Virus record (IMG/VR): IMGVR_UViG_3300043415_000099
Span: 1 to 43,882 of that record
From: a virus
Taxonomy: Duplodnaviria > Caudoviricetes
Length of the DNA stretch: 43,882 nucleotides
Strand: one strand, 5' to 3'
Below, in pieces: positions 8,083 to 17,206 of the stretch. The position numbers were made by a program, and so were the translations under genes. The notes below the pieces were generated by a model. The model ran no database searches, was not told the DNA's origin, and saw only the letters and a list, made by a program, of their open reading frames with translations. The stretch's first letter is position 1. Every line of letters begins with the position of its first letter.

Positions 8083-10001
8083 GATTGGACAAAGGATGCG
8101 CGCCGACGCTTTGGCTTCGGACGCTTGGTTGCAGTTTGCGGCTCGGGCTCTCTTTCGTCTTGTGCGGTTGGTTGCGGGTCCTCGGCTTTCGGCTTCGGCT
8201 CGGGTTGCGGTGCTGGTGTCTCTTTCTTCATGGTTTGGCCCCTTCGTTTCATTCTGAGTGCGATCTTATCAAACTGCGGCGAGGCCATGACTAGAGCAGC
8301 GAAGGCATAGACACGGCAGTCTAGTGGCTCGTTCCTGCGTCCTTCGATGACCTTCCACTCGCGTTTCGGCCTGCCCTTGACCATCTTTGTGACCATGGTC
8401 TCGGCGGTTAGTCCGCGGAACCATGTCGACTCTCGTTCTGCGGGAAAGTGGCAGTAGCCTGGACCTGGACTATCAATCTCCAGACGCTTGGTGACGACGG
8501 CTTTGGCGTTGTCCACGCCTACGATGTAGAGGTCCACGGTCCTCTTGAGCTTACCGGACCGGCGACGGTTTGGAGCGCCGACAATCGGCAGGCCTTCACC
8601 ACCTCGGCCCTTGATGGCAAAGACTCGGCCCCCTTTGTGCCTTTTGACGTAGTTGTAAACGGCCTGAGTGTTGGAACCGCCCGAGTCCACGAAAGTGTAA
8701 GAGACGCTGATAGACTGCCCGCTCTCGTGCTGCCACTCTTGGCGCAAGTAATCCGTGAGGTCAGTCCATGGAGAGCCGAGAGAGCCTTCAGGAATGTCGG
8801 GATCTCCATTGATGACGTGATAGTCCACGCTCCATGATTCTTCCCCTGCTCCCCAGCCTACGACTTCCAGCTCTAGCCGGTCGGGCTGCACGTCCACTCC
8901 TGCAGTCAGTATCAAAGCTCGGGCTGGCACCGGCGCTGCGTAGTTCTCACGACGGCTGATAAGCTCGTTCTCATCCAAAACCTTGCCACCTTCCTCCCAT
9001 GTCTCGCCCAGACAGGTATTCACCCAGACTTGCAGCTTCTCGGGCGATCCCTTGGCTTCTAGGAAGTCGGCCACGGTCTCGTGTAGATGGCGCCACGGCG
9101 AGTAAAGCTCACTGAGGTGAAACCCTGCCTTGCCCTTGAACTTGGCACTGGCCACCCACTCGCCACGTCGAACGGCAGCGTTCTTCTGGGCTGTGGTGTA
9201 TTCTGCGTCGCAGTGCGGACAGATAAACCGCGCTGTCTTCGGCTCCTCTTCCTTCCACCGCACGTTCGCCCATTGCAGGCGGTGCATGGTCCCGCAGTGC
9301 GGGCATGGGATCTGATAGTATCGTTTGTCGCTTTGATCGAACGCGTCCTCAATGCGTGAATGCCCCTTCACGGTCGGTGTCGAGACAAGCAGGATCTTCC
9401 GATTCCAGAACGTGCTCGTTCGTTTGATTGCGAGGTTGACCGGATCCCCTTCACTGCCAGCGCTGGCGGGATAGCGGTCCACCTCATCACAGAGCACGAG
9501 CCGGACAGGTCGAGAGGCTAGCGAGGCTGGAGCATTGGCACCGGCAATGGTGACGTGTCCGCCTGGGAATGACTTATGGAGGATCTTGTTTTGAGACTTC
9601 CGAGATTTGCCGGTGACTTTCTGGCCAATCTCCGGTGTGTCTCGGAGCATCGGCGTAAGCCGGTCCTTCGACCACGTCTCTGCCATGTCGAGAGTCGGCT
9701 GCACGACGAGCATCGGACAGGCGTCAAAGTCAATGTGATAGCCAACGACATTGTTCACGGCCTCAGTCTTACCGACCTGAGCGGATGACATGACGATGAC
9801 CTGCTCCGTCTTGGCGTCGTTGACGGCGTCCATGATGCCGCGCTGATATTCGGCTCGGCTGGTTCGCCATTGCCCAGGTTCAGCCGAGGACTCAGAACTG
9901 AGACGGCGGGTGCGGTCTGCCCACTCTGAGACTGTCCAGTCGGGTGGCGGGATCCACTGGCGGGAGATGTCGGCAAATAGGTTGGCAAGTGCTTCGGTCA
10001 T
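8070..10001 (-). CDS. Terminase large subunit (lambda gpA family)
   Basis: Motifs SSAQVGKTE, LCDEVDRY, STPT, CPHCG and AGVDVQ. Confidence 0.95.
   Translation of the reverse strand: MTEALANLFADISRQWIPPPDWTVSEWADRTRRLSSESSAEPGQWRTSRAEYQRGIMDAVNDAKTEQVIVMSSAQVGKTEAVNNVVGYHIDFDACPMLVVQPTLDMAETWSKDRLTPMLRDTPEIGQKVTGKSRKSQNKILHKSFPGGHVTIAGANAPASLASRPVRLVLCDEVDRYPASAGSEGDPVNLAIKRTSTFWNRKILLVSTPTVKGHSRIEDAFDQSDKRYYQIPCPHCGTMHRLQWANVRWKEEEPKTARFICPHCDAEYTTAQKNAAVRRGEWVASAKFKGKAGFHLSELYSPWRHLHETVADFLEAKGSPEKLQVWVNTCLGETWEEGGKVLDENELISRRENYAAPVPARALILTAGVDVQPDRLELEVVGWGAGEESWSVDYHVINGDPDIPEGSLGSPWTDLTDYLRQEWQHESGQSISVSYTFVDSGGSNTQAVYNYVKRHKGGRVFAIKGRGGEGLPIVGAPNRRRSGKLKRTVDLYIVGVDNAKAVVTKRLEIDSPGPGYCHFPAERESTWFRGLTAETMVTKMVKGRPKREWKVIEGRRNEPLDCRVYAFAALVMASPQFDKIALRMKRRGQTMKKETPAPQPEPKPKAEDPQPTAQDEREPEPQTATKRPKPKRRRASFVQSWRN
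8157..8176 (-). promoter_or_regulatory. Late promoter box 2, inside the 3' end of terL, upstream of gpW/portal
   Basis: Exact 20-mer followed by 18 nt and CAAACT. Confidence 0.75.
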
Positions 10002-10714
10002 GCATCGGACTCTTCCTCTTCTTCGTCGTCATCCATCGAACGGCGTCGGCGCTCCCATTCGCCGGTGACGACGGCGGGAGAGTATTCCGCCAGCTCCCTC
10101 AATGCTTCGTTGACGCCTTCCTTGATCAGCTGCTCGCGTTCGGTGATCTCAAGGCCATCGAGCGCACCGGCTAGCTTGGTCGGCAGTGCCAGCAATTTGG
10201 CGCGAGCGTTGCCGATCATGTCAGCCCATACTGCGGCCACGGCCTCGGCGGCGTGCGTGGTGCCTTTCTTGAGTTCAGCCTCAATCTCGGCGATGTCGGC
10301 TTTGGCTTCAGTCAGACGAGCGCGGTGGAACTCGTAGCCCTTGCCCTCTGGCGTGTTCGGGTCGCCGTCGTGCTGGTTCTTTCGCAGACTGCGGGCGTGG
10401 TCAAACAGTGCCTTCAGGCATTCTAGCGCCTCGTATTTGCCATGCTTCACCGTGCGGATAACGCCCTGCTCTCGGATCTGGTCGAGCCTCTGCGTGGTGT
10501 AGCCGGTGGCCTCAGCTAAGTCTTTCACTCCGACAATCATGCCCGAGAAGCCGGTCGGTGCTCTCTGGACCGAGTCATCCAGCATCTTCTGTTCGGCTAG
10601 GGTGGGTGTGCCTCCTTTGGCGATCTTCTTCACAATGTTGGAGATGGTTTTAGCGCGGACCTTCTGAGCCTGATCCTCAGTCAGCCCTGCTGAATTGGGT
10701 AGGTCGTCAGTCAC
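9998..10714 (-). CDS. Terminase small subunit (Nu1-like)
   Basis: Winged-HTH-like segment (VKDLAEATGYTTQRLDQ), then HRARLTEAKADIAE and ARAKLLALP; ATGA overlap with terL. Confidence 0.85.
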   Translation of the reverse strand: MTDDLPNSAGLTEDQAQKVRAKTISNIVKKIAKGGTPTLAEQKMLDDSVQRAPTGFSGMIVGVKDLAEATGYTTQRLDQIREQGVIRTVKHGKYEALECLKALFDHARSLRKNQHDGDPNTPEGKGYEFHRARLTEAKADIAEIEAELKKGTTHAAEAVAAVWADMIGNARAKLLALPTKLAGALDGLEITEREQLIKEGVNEALRELAEYSPAVVTGEWERRRRSMDDDEEEEESDA

Positions 10715-12119
10715 GAGAGAGAGGCGCGTGCGTCAGGCATGGGGTTAAGGCGTTCAGAATGTCAGTGTGTCGCCCGAGTTTACGACCGGCGCGGTTCATC
10801 GGCATGTCAAATTCGCGGGTGATGGACTCTTGCACTAATGCAAGTGATGTCAAATGGTCGCCAGTGGTGGCCTGGACATTCCAGCCGATACCGGTCTCAA
10901 ACTCTTTGACCACCGTCCAGCTACGTGCAGCCATGAATCTCCTGACATCCTCCTGCGTGTGGAACTTTTGAAAGAACCACGAGCCTTTCCGGTAGAGCGC
11001 CGTCAGACCGTTCTCGTCGAGAAACTCAATGTGCCGGTGCGGTTGCCGCGATGCCTCAGAGGTCCGGTGCCTCAGAACTTCCTTCACGCGGTCTGCGGAT
11101 CTTCCGGAAAAGAACAGGGTGCCGTTGGCCTTGCATAGCGCGTCGATGGTGTTGAGCACGTCCTCTTCGGCTTGCTGGCAGTCCACGGAATTCAGAACGT
11201 AATCCATGACGACGGCGTCGAACCGGCCATGCTGCCGAATGGAGCTCACGACTTGATCGACCATGCGGTTGACCTGGTCAACGTCGATCGATTCACCCTT
11301 CCGCCGAAAGAACTCTAGGCCAATGATGTTGTGACCGGCTTTCCTCAGCGCTTTGACGTAGTCACCCTGTCCGCATCCAAAGTCTAGCACACGAGCGGTA
11401 GGATTTGCAGCCAGCCACGGCATCACGAGCTTCTCGTAGGTCGGGCTGCGGTTCTCTTTCGCTCCACCTCTGAGCCGGAACATTTGCGCGAAGGTCTGCA
11501 CGAATGAATCGCGGTCAATGTGCTCGTAATTGAACACGCCATAGCTCGCTCCTAGCAGTGCCCGTGCCTCGCTCTTCTTGGCCACCGGCAGCACGTAGAT
11601 CAGGCATGGCTTCCCGAGCTGCTTACACGCCAGCGCATACTGTGCGGCGTGAATGATCTCACCGTCGTCGGTTGCAACGGCTGAGCCCCAGGTGCCATAG
11701 GCGATGATCAGGCGGCAGATTTCAGCGCGGATCTTGGCACCACGGCACAGAAGGTTGCCGTCGATGTCGTCGGCTTTGATGGTGACGAAACCCGCGGCAG
11801 CCTGCGACAGCTTCACAGTCACGGCCTCGTCACCGGTGTCTAGGTCGGTGCCGTTGTGGAGCTGGTTGAATCTCACCTCGTCATAAGTCGTCGTGTCTGT
11901 GTCGAGCAAGTAGCATGGCGCGGACATGACGCCGGCCGATCTGAGCGCTCGAGTTCTTTGATGCCCTGCAACGATGGTGTCGTTTCGAACGATGATTGGC
12001 TTGCAGACGCCTAGCACGGAGAGCGAATGCCGGAGCCGGTCAATCGCTGACTCGTCAATCCGGCGCGGGTTATAGTCGGCACCTTTCAGCGATGCCAAAG
12101 GGTAATCTAGTTCGAGCAT
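10707..12119 (-). CDS. ParB-N domain / class I SAM-dependent methyltransferase fusion
   Basis: N-terminal YNPRRI and IVAGHQR; C-terminal VLDFGCGQGD and YVLNSV. Confidence 0.8.
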   Translation of the reverse strand: MLELDYPLASLKGADYNPRRIDESAIDRLRHSLSVLGVCKPIIVRNDTIVAGHQRTRALRSAGVMSAPCYLLDTDTTTYDEVRFNQLHNGTDLDTGDEAVTVKLSQAAAGFVTIKADDIDGNLLCRGAKIRAEICRLIIAYGTWGSAVATDDGEIIHAAQYALACKQLGKPCLIYVLPVAKKSEARALLGASYGVFNYEHIDRDSFVQTFAQMFRLRGGAKENRSPTYEKLVMPWLAANPTARVLDFGCGQGDYVKALRKAGHNIIGLEFFRRKGESIDVDQVNRMVDQVVSSIRQHGRFDAVVMDYVLNSVDCQQAEEDVLNTIDALCKANGTLFFSGRSADRVKEVLRHRTSEASRQPHRHIEFLDENGLTALYRKGSWFFQKFHTQEDVRRFMAARSWTVVKEFETGIGWNVQATTGDHLTSLALVQESITREFDMPMNRAGRKLGRHTDILNALTPCLTHAPLSRD

Positions 12120-12706
12120 AGTTTTAGGATCGTGGATGCGAAGCCAAACGGCTGGCCTGTTTCGGTGACGTGCTTCTGCAGGAGTGCCATCATTCCCGCC
12201 AGCTCTTCATCAGACATCGGCACCTTTTTGTCACCAAACACCAGGTAGTTCATGCCCTGCCCGCGCTGCTCATCGCCACCGACTCCGAACGGCTCAAGGT
12301 CGTTGCTCGGAATGTCACCTGCATCAAAGCCGGTCAGGTTGATGTCGATGTCACCGATGTCGGCGAGGTAATCCATCTCGGCTCTTAGCAGCTCCCAGTC
12401 CCAGCCTCCTCCAATCTCACTCAATCGGTTGTCGGCGATCATGTAGGCGCGGCGTTGGCTTTCTGCTAGGTGCGTCAGCCGGATGCATGGCACCTGCTCA
12501 AGGCTGAGCTTCCTGGCAGCTAGGACGCGACCATGACCGGCGATGATGTTGTTTTCAGCGTCGATCAGGATCGGGTTGGTAAAACCAAACTCACGGATGC
12601 TCGCGGCGATCTGTGCGACCTGTCCGTCTAAGTGAAGCTTGGCGTTCATTGCTGCTGGTATTAGCAGCGTAATATCGAGGTTTTCGATGTTGGTGGGGAT
12701 GTTCAT
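12107..12706 (-). CDS. ParB/Srx-family N-terminal domain protein
   Basis: QIAASIREFGFTNPILID, IIAGHGR and YMIADNRL. Start placed at MNIPT (12706) because the longer ORF runs into the cos candidate. Confidence 0.85.
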   Translation of the reverse strand: MNIPTNIENLDITLLIPAAMNAKLHLDGQVAQIAASIREFGFTNPILIDAENNIIAGHGRVLAARKLSLEQVPCIRLTHLAESQRRAYMIADNRLSEIGGGWDWELLRAEMDYLADIGDIDINLTGFDAGDIPSNDLEPFGVGGDEQRGQGMNYLVFGDKKVPMSDEELAGMMALLQKHVTETGQPFGFASTILKLCSN

Positions 12707-12770
12707 CTTGTTGAGACTTGTCGCAATAAAACCAAACTGCAAAATGTTTGCACTATCTAAGAAAATCATG

Positions 12771-12813
12771 AGGTCCTTTGCCTACCCTCTTGGGGGCACG
12801 TCTGAAAGAACCT
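12771..12813 (-). other. Candidate cos site (cosQ/cosN-like)
   Basis: Minus strand AGGTTCT-N24-GGCAAAGGACCT-CATGATTTT resembles lambda GGGTCCT-N23-GGGCGGCGACCT-CGCGGGTTTT; lies upstream of the packaging genes. Confidence 0.5.
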
Positions 12814-12833
12814 AACGGGGGGGTGGGGGTGCC

Positions 12834-13229
12834 TCACTTCTCATCTTTGCGAGGTCGCTGCCAGCCGCTGGACGTCGTGCCTTTGGTGCGGATGCGCCTG
12901 ACATACTGAGCGCTTACTGCATACTTGGTGGCGATCTCGGCAGTGCATAGGCCGGAAGCGATAGCGGCCAAGATAGCCTCAGCTTTGCGCTGTGCTGCTA
13001 GCCTACGCTTGATGCCACGCCCAGAGGGGTAGGGTAGCAGCTCGCCACCGAACGTGCGTCTAAGCGCTTTCAACTCGCTAGGCTCTAGCACGCGTGACAG
13101 CGGATGGTTGGCAATGTCACGAGCTGGGATATACACCAGGCGATTGGGTGACGTTGCACGCATGAGCCTCACGGCTGCTTCCATGCCTATGATCTCGGCC
13201 ACCGTCCTGACGTTGTGAGGGACACGCAT
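12834..13229 (-). CDS. Mor/C-family late transcription activator
   Basis: VAEIIGMEAAVRL, VYIP, FGGELL and a C-terminal HTH (TAEIATKYAVSAQYVRRI); lies at the early/late boundary. Confidence 0.75.
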   Translation of the reverse strand: MRVPHNVRTVAEIIGMEAAVRLMRATSPNRLVYIPARDIANHPLSRVLEPSELKALRRTFGGELLPYPSGRGIKRRLAAQRKAEAILAAIASGLCTAEIATKYAVSAQYVRRIRTKGTTSSGWQRPRKDEK

Positions 13230-13280
13230 GGCCAGAGGGTGCCATGAACTGCCCTGTGATCAAGGCAGAAAGCGCATAAT

Positions 13281-13484
13281 TTAGGCATCACGCCATATTC
13301 TGCGACCAAAGCTTGCAGTGCGTCGGGTAGTGACTTCGATCCCTAGCTTTCGCGCTGCTGTGTAAACAATGTTTTGAGCTTTGTGTGCGACCTGATGGTC
13401 TTCAATCAAATAACAGTCTCCAACAGCAAGCTTCTTCAGGTGTTTGCTACGGAATGGAATGTTGTTCGGGTGTGTGTAGGTCAT
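13281..13484 (-). CDS. Small basic hypothetical protein
   Basis: 67 aa with an LAVGDC...RIWR pattern seen in small phage proteins. Confidence 0.6.
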   Translation of the reverse strand: MTYTHPNNIPFRSKHLKKLAVGDCYLIEDHQVAHKAQNIVYTAARKLGIEVTTRRTASFGRRIWRDA

Positions 13485-13519
13485 TCATCACAGTAACTTG
13501 GATAAATACGAATTCAACA

Positions 13520-13860
13520 AGAAATACGTTTTTGAAAATTTGGCAATTTGCCAAAAACTTTGCCAAGCTCAAAACTCGTTTAAAATCAGACCCTTACAAC
13601 CCCTTTTGTTTGTTTTTGTATATTTGGCAAAAAGATAATATATATAATACACGCGCTCGCACAGGCGCATCACGCGTGCGCCTGTGTGTGTGAAAGGTGT
13701 CTTTTGTTTCCCCTCAAGTGCCAAGTTTGCCAAAAATCTACGCATAGCCGTTTAAAATCAGAGGCTTATGACATTTGGCAACGCTCCAAATTTCAGAGAT
13801 ATTTGGCAATCAAACGCCAAAAAACCCCGTTCACCATTTGGCAAACGGGGTTTTCATGAG
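13520..13860. other. Putative replication origin
   Basis: AT-rich non-coding stretch downstream of the primase with about 9 TGCCAA/TTGGCA repeats in both orientations, two CGTTTAAAATCAGA copies and a central palindrome. Confidence 0.7.
13819..13854. terminator. Possibly bidirectional terminator after the primase gene
   Basis: AAAAAACCCCGTT...AACGGGGTTTT. Confidence 0.6.
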
Positions 13861-13877
13861 CAGAGCTGAGAGTTAAA

Positions 13878-16475
13878 TCACTCTTCGTCAGGTTGAACGA
13901 ATAGATCAAATGCCAAACGGGTGGCGCGTGACTGGACGCCGTGGAAGTGGCTATTCTTGATCGTCTCGGCCCCTTTGATGCGCCTGAGCTGGTCGGCCCA
14001 CTTGCCTGCAAAGGGTGTGTCGCTAAAGATCCGTTTCAGCTCCTGGTGATTGTCTGAGATGTCGATGCCGCCAGTTCTCCGCACCGCGACGCCGTGCCGT
14101 GCCAGTGTCGCCTTTGCGGCCTCTCGGTCATTATTGCGGGTGTTCAGCGCCAGTTTGATCAGCTCGGCAATGCTGAACCGGTGAACGTGGCCATGCTCCT
14201 CGTGCATGATGATGGACTGCATGAAGATCGAGAAGGCGCGGTGCTCGTCCATGTCCGTGTCACTCGACTTGAATGCGGTCCAATCTTGTGCACCGCACCA
14301 CTTCTGAGCATCCTCAAGACTGATTCGGTCACCCTTCATGAGAGCGTAGGCACCGGCCAAGAGTGTGCCGATTTGGTCGCCGTCACGCTGTGCACCGAGA
14401 TGAGGCACGCAGGCGGTCGCAAATGTCGTTGCATTGTCGGCGATGATTGGAGCCATGATGAGCGCTCGCGCTCGGATAGCAGCGCACCACTTAGGATCTC
14501 CGGCAGTCGTGCGTTGGAACTCCTGCAGGTCCTGCCATTGGTGCGGGTTGTGAGCGTGTCGCCCTGGAACGAGCTCCATCGTCACGTTACGGCTTAGATC
14601 GGCACGCTGAATGGCAGCGACGCCAATGGACGACCACAGGAACATGGAGCGGATCGTGAAGTCCATTGCCTCGCCACCGGCTGAGCCTTTCAGGATGCGT
14701 GCTCGGCTCTCACGGCTGGCCTGCCGTTGGAGCATCAGAATGCGCTGAATGCGCTCTTGATCGGTCTTGTTCTCGGTTTCGGCCTCGTCGATGACCACCG
14801 GAAAGGCATCATAGCGCAGAGTCTGCCTGATACCTGGCTCGCTCGTGCTCGTACCGTTCGCGATAACGGCAGCGTCGCCCATCATCCGCTGAATTACTTT
14901 TTCAATCAGCCATGTCTTACCGGATCCAGCCTTGCCGGAAATCCATATGCCAGGTCTCCAGTCGAGAGCACCGCAGATAGGAGCGCACACGAGCCAGCCA
15001 GCCAATAGTAAAGGGTCCATTTGGTGCCTGAGATTCGTGCCTTTCAGCAGGGTAATGAGCTGAGTCGCTTGGTAGTCGCTCGCGGGCTCAATCTGCGGCA
15101 GGTCAATCTGGCGTCCGCGTTGATAGATGTGGCGGCTCTTGAATTTCTCGATTTGGATGCGAACGCCGTCCACGTGCAGCACGTCACCGGCGTGAAAGAC
15201 AACACGGCCCTCGTCAAGCCACGCGCCACGACCACGGATAAGCGTAGGGTCGAAAATGCCCTTTCGCATTGACTCTTGAATGAGTGAGTTGGCAGCAAAT
15301 AGCCAGTTGGCTCCTCCAGACTGCTCTGTGCCCGGGTATCTCTGCGTCCAGTGTTCTAACGGTGCCAGCTGCAGGAGGTCATTTTTAGCGTGCTGCCGAG
15401 CTGTCAGACTGACAATCTGCCTTGATCCATGGCTAAGGTAAAAGAAGTTTCCCATGTCTTGGCCTAGGAGGTCATAAGGCTGGTCGTTCGCATCACTGAC
15501 AGCCTCAGAGAGCGGTTTTGGCTCTGGCTTTGGTTTCGGCGGCTCATAAGCCGTGGCCGCTTTGATAAGGTCAGTGAGCTGGTGTTTCGTCCAGCCATCA
15601 GCTACTGCATCGGCTACGTCCCAGCCCTCGGCTTTACCTTCAGGCGGTGTGATCATGCGAATCTCGCAGCCTAGCGCGTGCAAAGTCTCAGCGATCTCTT
15701 GCGCTGCTTTATGCCCAGGCTCGTCGGCATCGGGCCAAATTGTGACCTTTCGGCCCTTGATCGGCGTCCAGTCGGCGTGCTTCACCGCTTTGCCACCACC
15801 TGGCCATGTGATAGTTAGGGCCCCAAACTGGCGTAAAGCGTCGGCACACTTCTCGCCTTCGACTATAAACACGCGAACGTCAGGCTTTTCAGCCAGTAGA
15901 GGCAGGCCATAGAGTGGGCGCGGTTTCGGGAATGACAGCCAGCACCACTTTTCTTCCTGCGTCTCGGTGTTGCGGCCCCAAGTCATCGGCATGACTTCCT
16001 TGCCACCTTCAGACTTCGCGAACCGGCCAATCCAGCCAATCGTGCGGCCCTCGGTGTCTTGATAATGCCACCGGCCTTCTGGCTCTTTGTAGTTGAAATG
16101 GCGCATCGTTGGTGGCGCCACGTGTGCCGGTGCTGGCACGACTTGAGTCCATTGTTGTTTCTTGGACTTCGGTGCCGCGGCAGGTGGATGGTCGATCTGA
16201 ATGCCTAGTGTCTCGGCAATCTCTTTCGCGGCGTCGAGCTGAGAGCAGTCCTTGATTGCAGCCAGTAGTGCGATCAAGTCGCCACCCTTCTTGTCACCGG
16301 CGAAGTCGGCCCACATGCCAGTGCGGAGGTTAATGCTCGTGGACTCTCCGGCGTTGCCGTGGAGGTCACCACAGAGCCACTCGTGGCCGTTTTTACGTCC
16401 TGCAGGTAGCCAGCGGGTGACGAGAGTTTCAGCGCTTGCGAGAGCCGCCGAGGAAATGGTTTGGAAATCTATCAT
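13878..16475 (-). CDS. Primase-helicase (TOPRIM plus P-loop NTPase)
   Basis: VFIVEGEKCADAL and IWPDADEPG (TOPRIM); GKAGSGKT (Walker A); VVIDEAE (Walker B). Confidence 0.88.
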   Translation of the reverse strand: MIDFQTISSAALASAETLVTRWLPAGRKNGHEWLCGDLHGNAGESTSINLRTGMWADFAGDKKGGDLIALLAAIKDCSQLDAAKEIAETLGIQIDHPPAAAPKSKKQQWTQVVPAPAHVAPPTMRHFNYKEPEGRWHYQDTEGRTIGWIGRFAKSEGGKEVMPMTWGRNTETQEEKWCWLSFPKPRPLYGLPLLAEKPDVRVFIVEGEKCADALRQFGALTITWPGGGKAVKHADWTPIKGRKVTIWPDADEPGHKAAQEIAETLHALGCEIRMITPPEGKAEGWDVADAVADGWTKHQLTDLIKAATAYEPPKPKPEPKPLSEAVSDANDQPYDLLGQDMGNFFYLSHGSRQIVSLTARQHAKNDLLQLAPLEHWTQRYPGTEQSGGANWLFAANSLIQESMRKGIFDPTLIRGRGAWLDEGRVVFHAGDVLHVDGVRIQIEKFKSRHIYQRGRQIDLPQIEPASDYQATQLITLLKGTNLRHQMDPLLLAGWLVCAPICGALDWRPGIWISGKAGSGKTWLIEKVIQRMMGDAAVIANGTSTSEPGIRQTLRYDAFPVVIDEAETENKTDQERIQRILMLQRQASRESRARILKGSAGGEAMDFTIRSMFLWSSIGVAAIQRADLSRNVTMELVPGRHAHNPHQWQDLQEFQRTTAGDPKWCAAIRARALIMAPIIADNATTFATACVPHLGAQRDGDQIGTLLAGAYALMKGDRISLEDAQKWCGAQDWTAFKSSDTDMDEHRAFSIFMQSIIMHEEHGHVHRFSIAELIKLALNTRNNDREAAKATLARHGVAVRRTGGIDISDNHQELKRIFSDTPFAGKWADQLRRIKGAETIKNSHFHGVQSRATRLAFDLFVQPDEE

Positions 16476-16540
16476 GGGGTCGGAGATGCTGCCGAGTCGG
16501 GTGAGCTCGGCAAGGGTCGGTGTGTGGGAATATGTTAAAT

Positions 16541-16969
16541 TCAGATTGAGTAATCGGTCCAGTCTTCAGGCATTTGCACTTTCCAAGCCCAACGCACCAA
16601 CATTCGCGGGCGCGGTGGTATCTCATCCAGTACGATGCCGTCACGAATGACAGTAAGGTGCTTTGTGACGACAATCAGAAATGTGCCTTTCTGGTTGGCG
16701 TGAAAGAACTGCCAGAAATTTGGCCTCCTATCCACCACCTCGGGTATCTCTTGCACTTCAGGAAACGCTGATAAGTAATGATGAATGATGGATTGTTGAG
16801 TACCGCGACCGTTGCGGCGTCCTCGCTTCTTAAATGCTGCGTGGACAGCCTCATAAGGTTTCTTGAGAGCGATAGCGACAGCCTTCACCGCACAGTCGTC
16901 GGTTTCTCCGCGATAGCCTCGCTCGGCCCGTCCGCCGTCGCTGATTGAATATGTCAATGTGGGGTTCAT
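16541..16969 (-). CDS. Conserved phage protein with DCAVKA...HL motif (possible papain-like fold)
   Basis: DDCAVKAVAIAL and KHLTVIRDG. Confidence 0.6.
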   Translation of the reverse strand: MNPTLTYSISDGGRAERGYRGETDDCAVKAVAIALKKPYEAVHAAFKKRGRRNGRGTQQSIIHHYLSAFPEVQEIPEVVDRRPNFWQFFHANQKGTFLIVVTKHLTVIRDGIVLDEIPPRPRMLVRWAWKVQMPEDWTDYSI

Positions 16970-16988
16970 AGTGTGTGGGGTAAATGGT

Positions 16989-17156
16989 TTACTCTTCGCC
17001 GATGGCGTGGAGCATCATGTCGAGTTCAGTTTCAGAGGTGGCGCTGCAAATTTGGCGAGCGGTGCGGGCACGTGTGGCAAAGTCGGGATGAGTGCGGCGG
17101 TTCCAAGCGAGGAGTTTAGCGATTTTGGTTTGCATGGCGGTGTTTGATGTTGTCAT
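16989..17156 (-). CDS. Hypothetical protein
   Basis: Short ORF directly behind operator O1; start placed at MTTSN. Confidence 0.55.
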   Translation of the reverse strand: MTTSNTAMQTKIAKLLAWNRRTHPDFATRARTARQICSATSETELDMMLHAIGEE

Positions 17157-17177
17157 CGTGCTTATAGTCTTACCCAT

Positions 17178-17195
17178 GCTTGCAAACTTGCAAAC
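17178..17195. promoter_or_regulatory. Operator/early promoter O1 GCTTGCA-AACT-TGCAAAC
   Basis: One of seven intergenic copies of the palindrome GCTTGCA-N4-TGCAAGC. Confidence 0.75.
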
Positions 17196-17206
17196 GCTAT
17201 TTTGAA

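Noticed and set aside
10707-12706. Plasmid-prophage partition system
   Set aside because: No ParA, no HTH-bearing ParB and no protelomerase were seen; the ParB-N domains are terminase-linked and the phage has int and attP.
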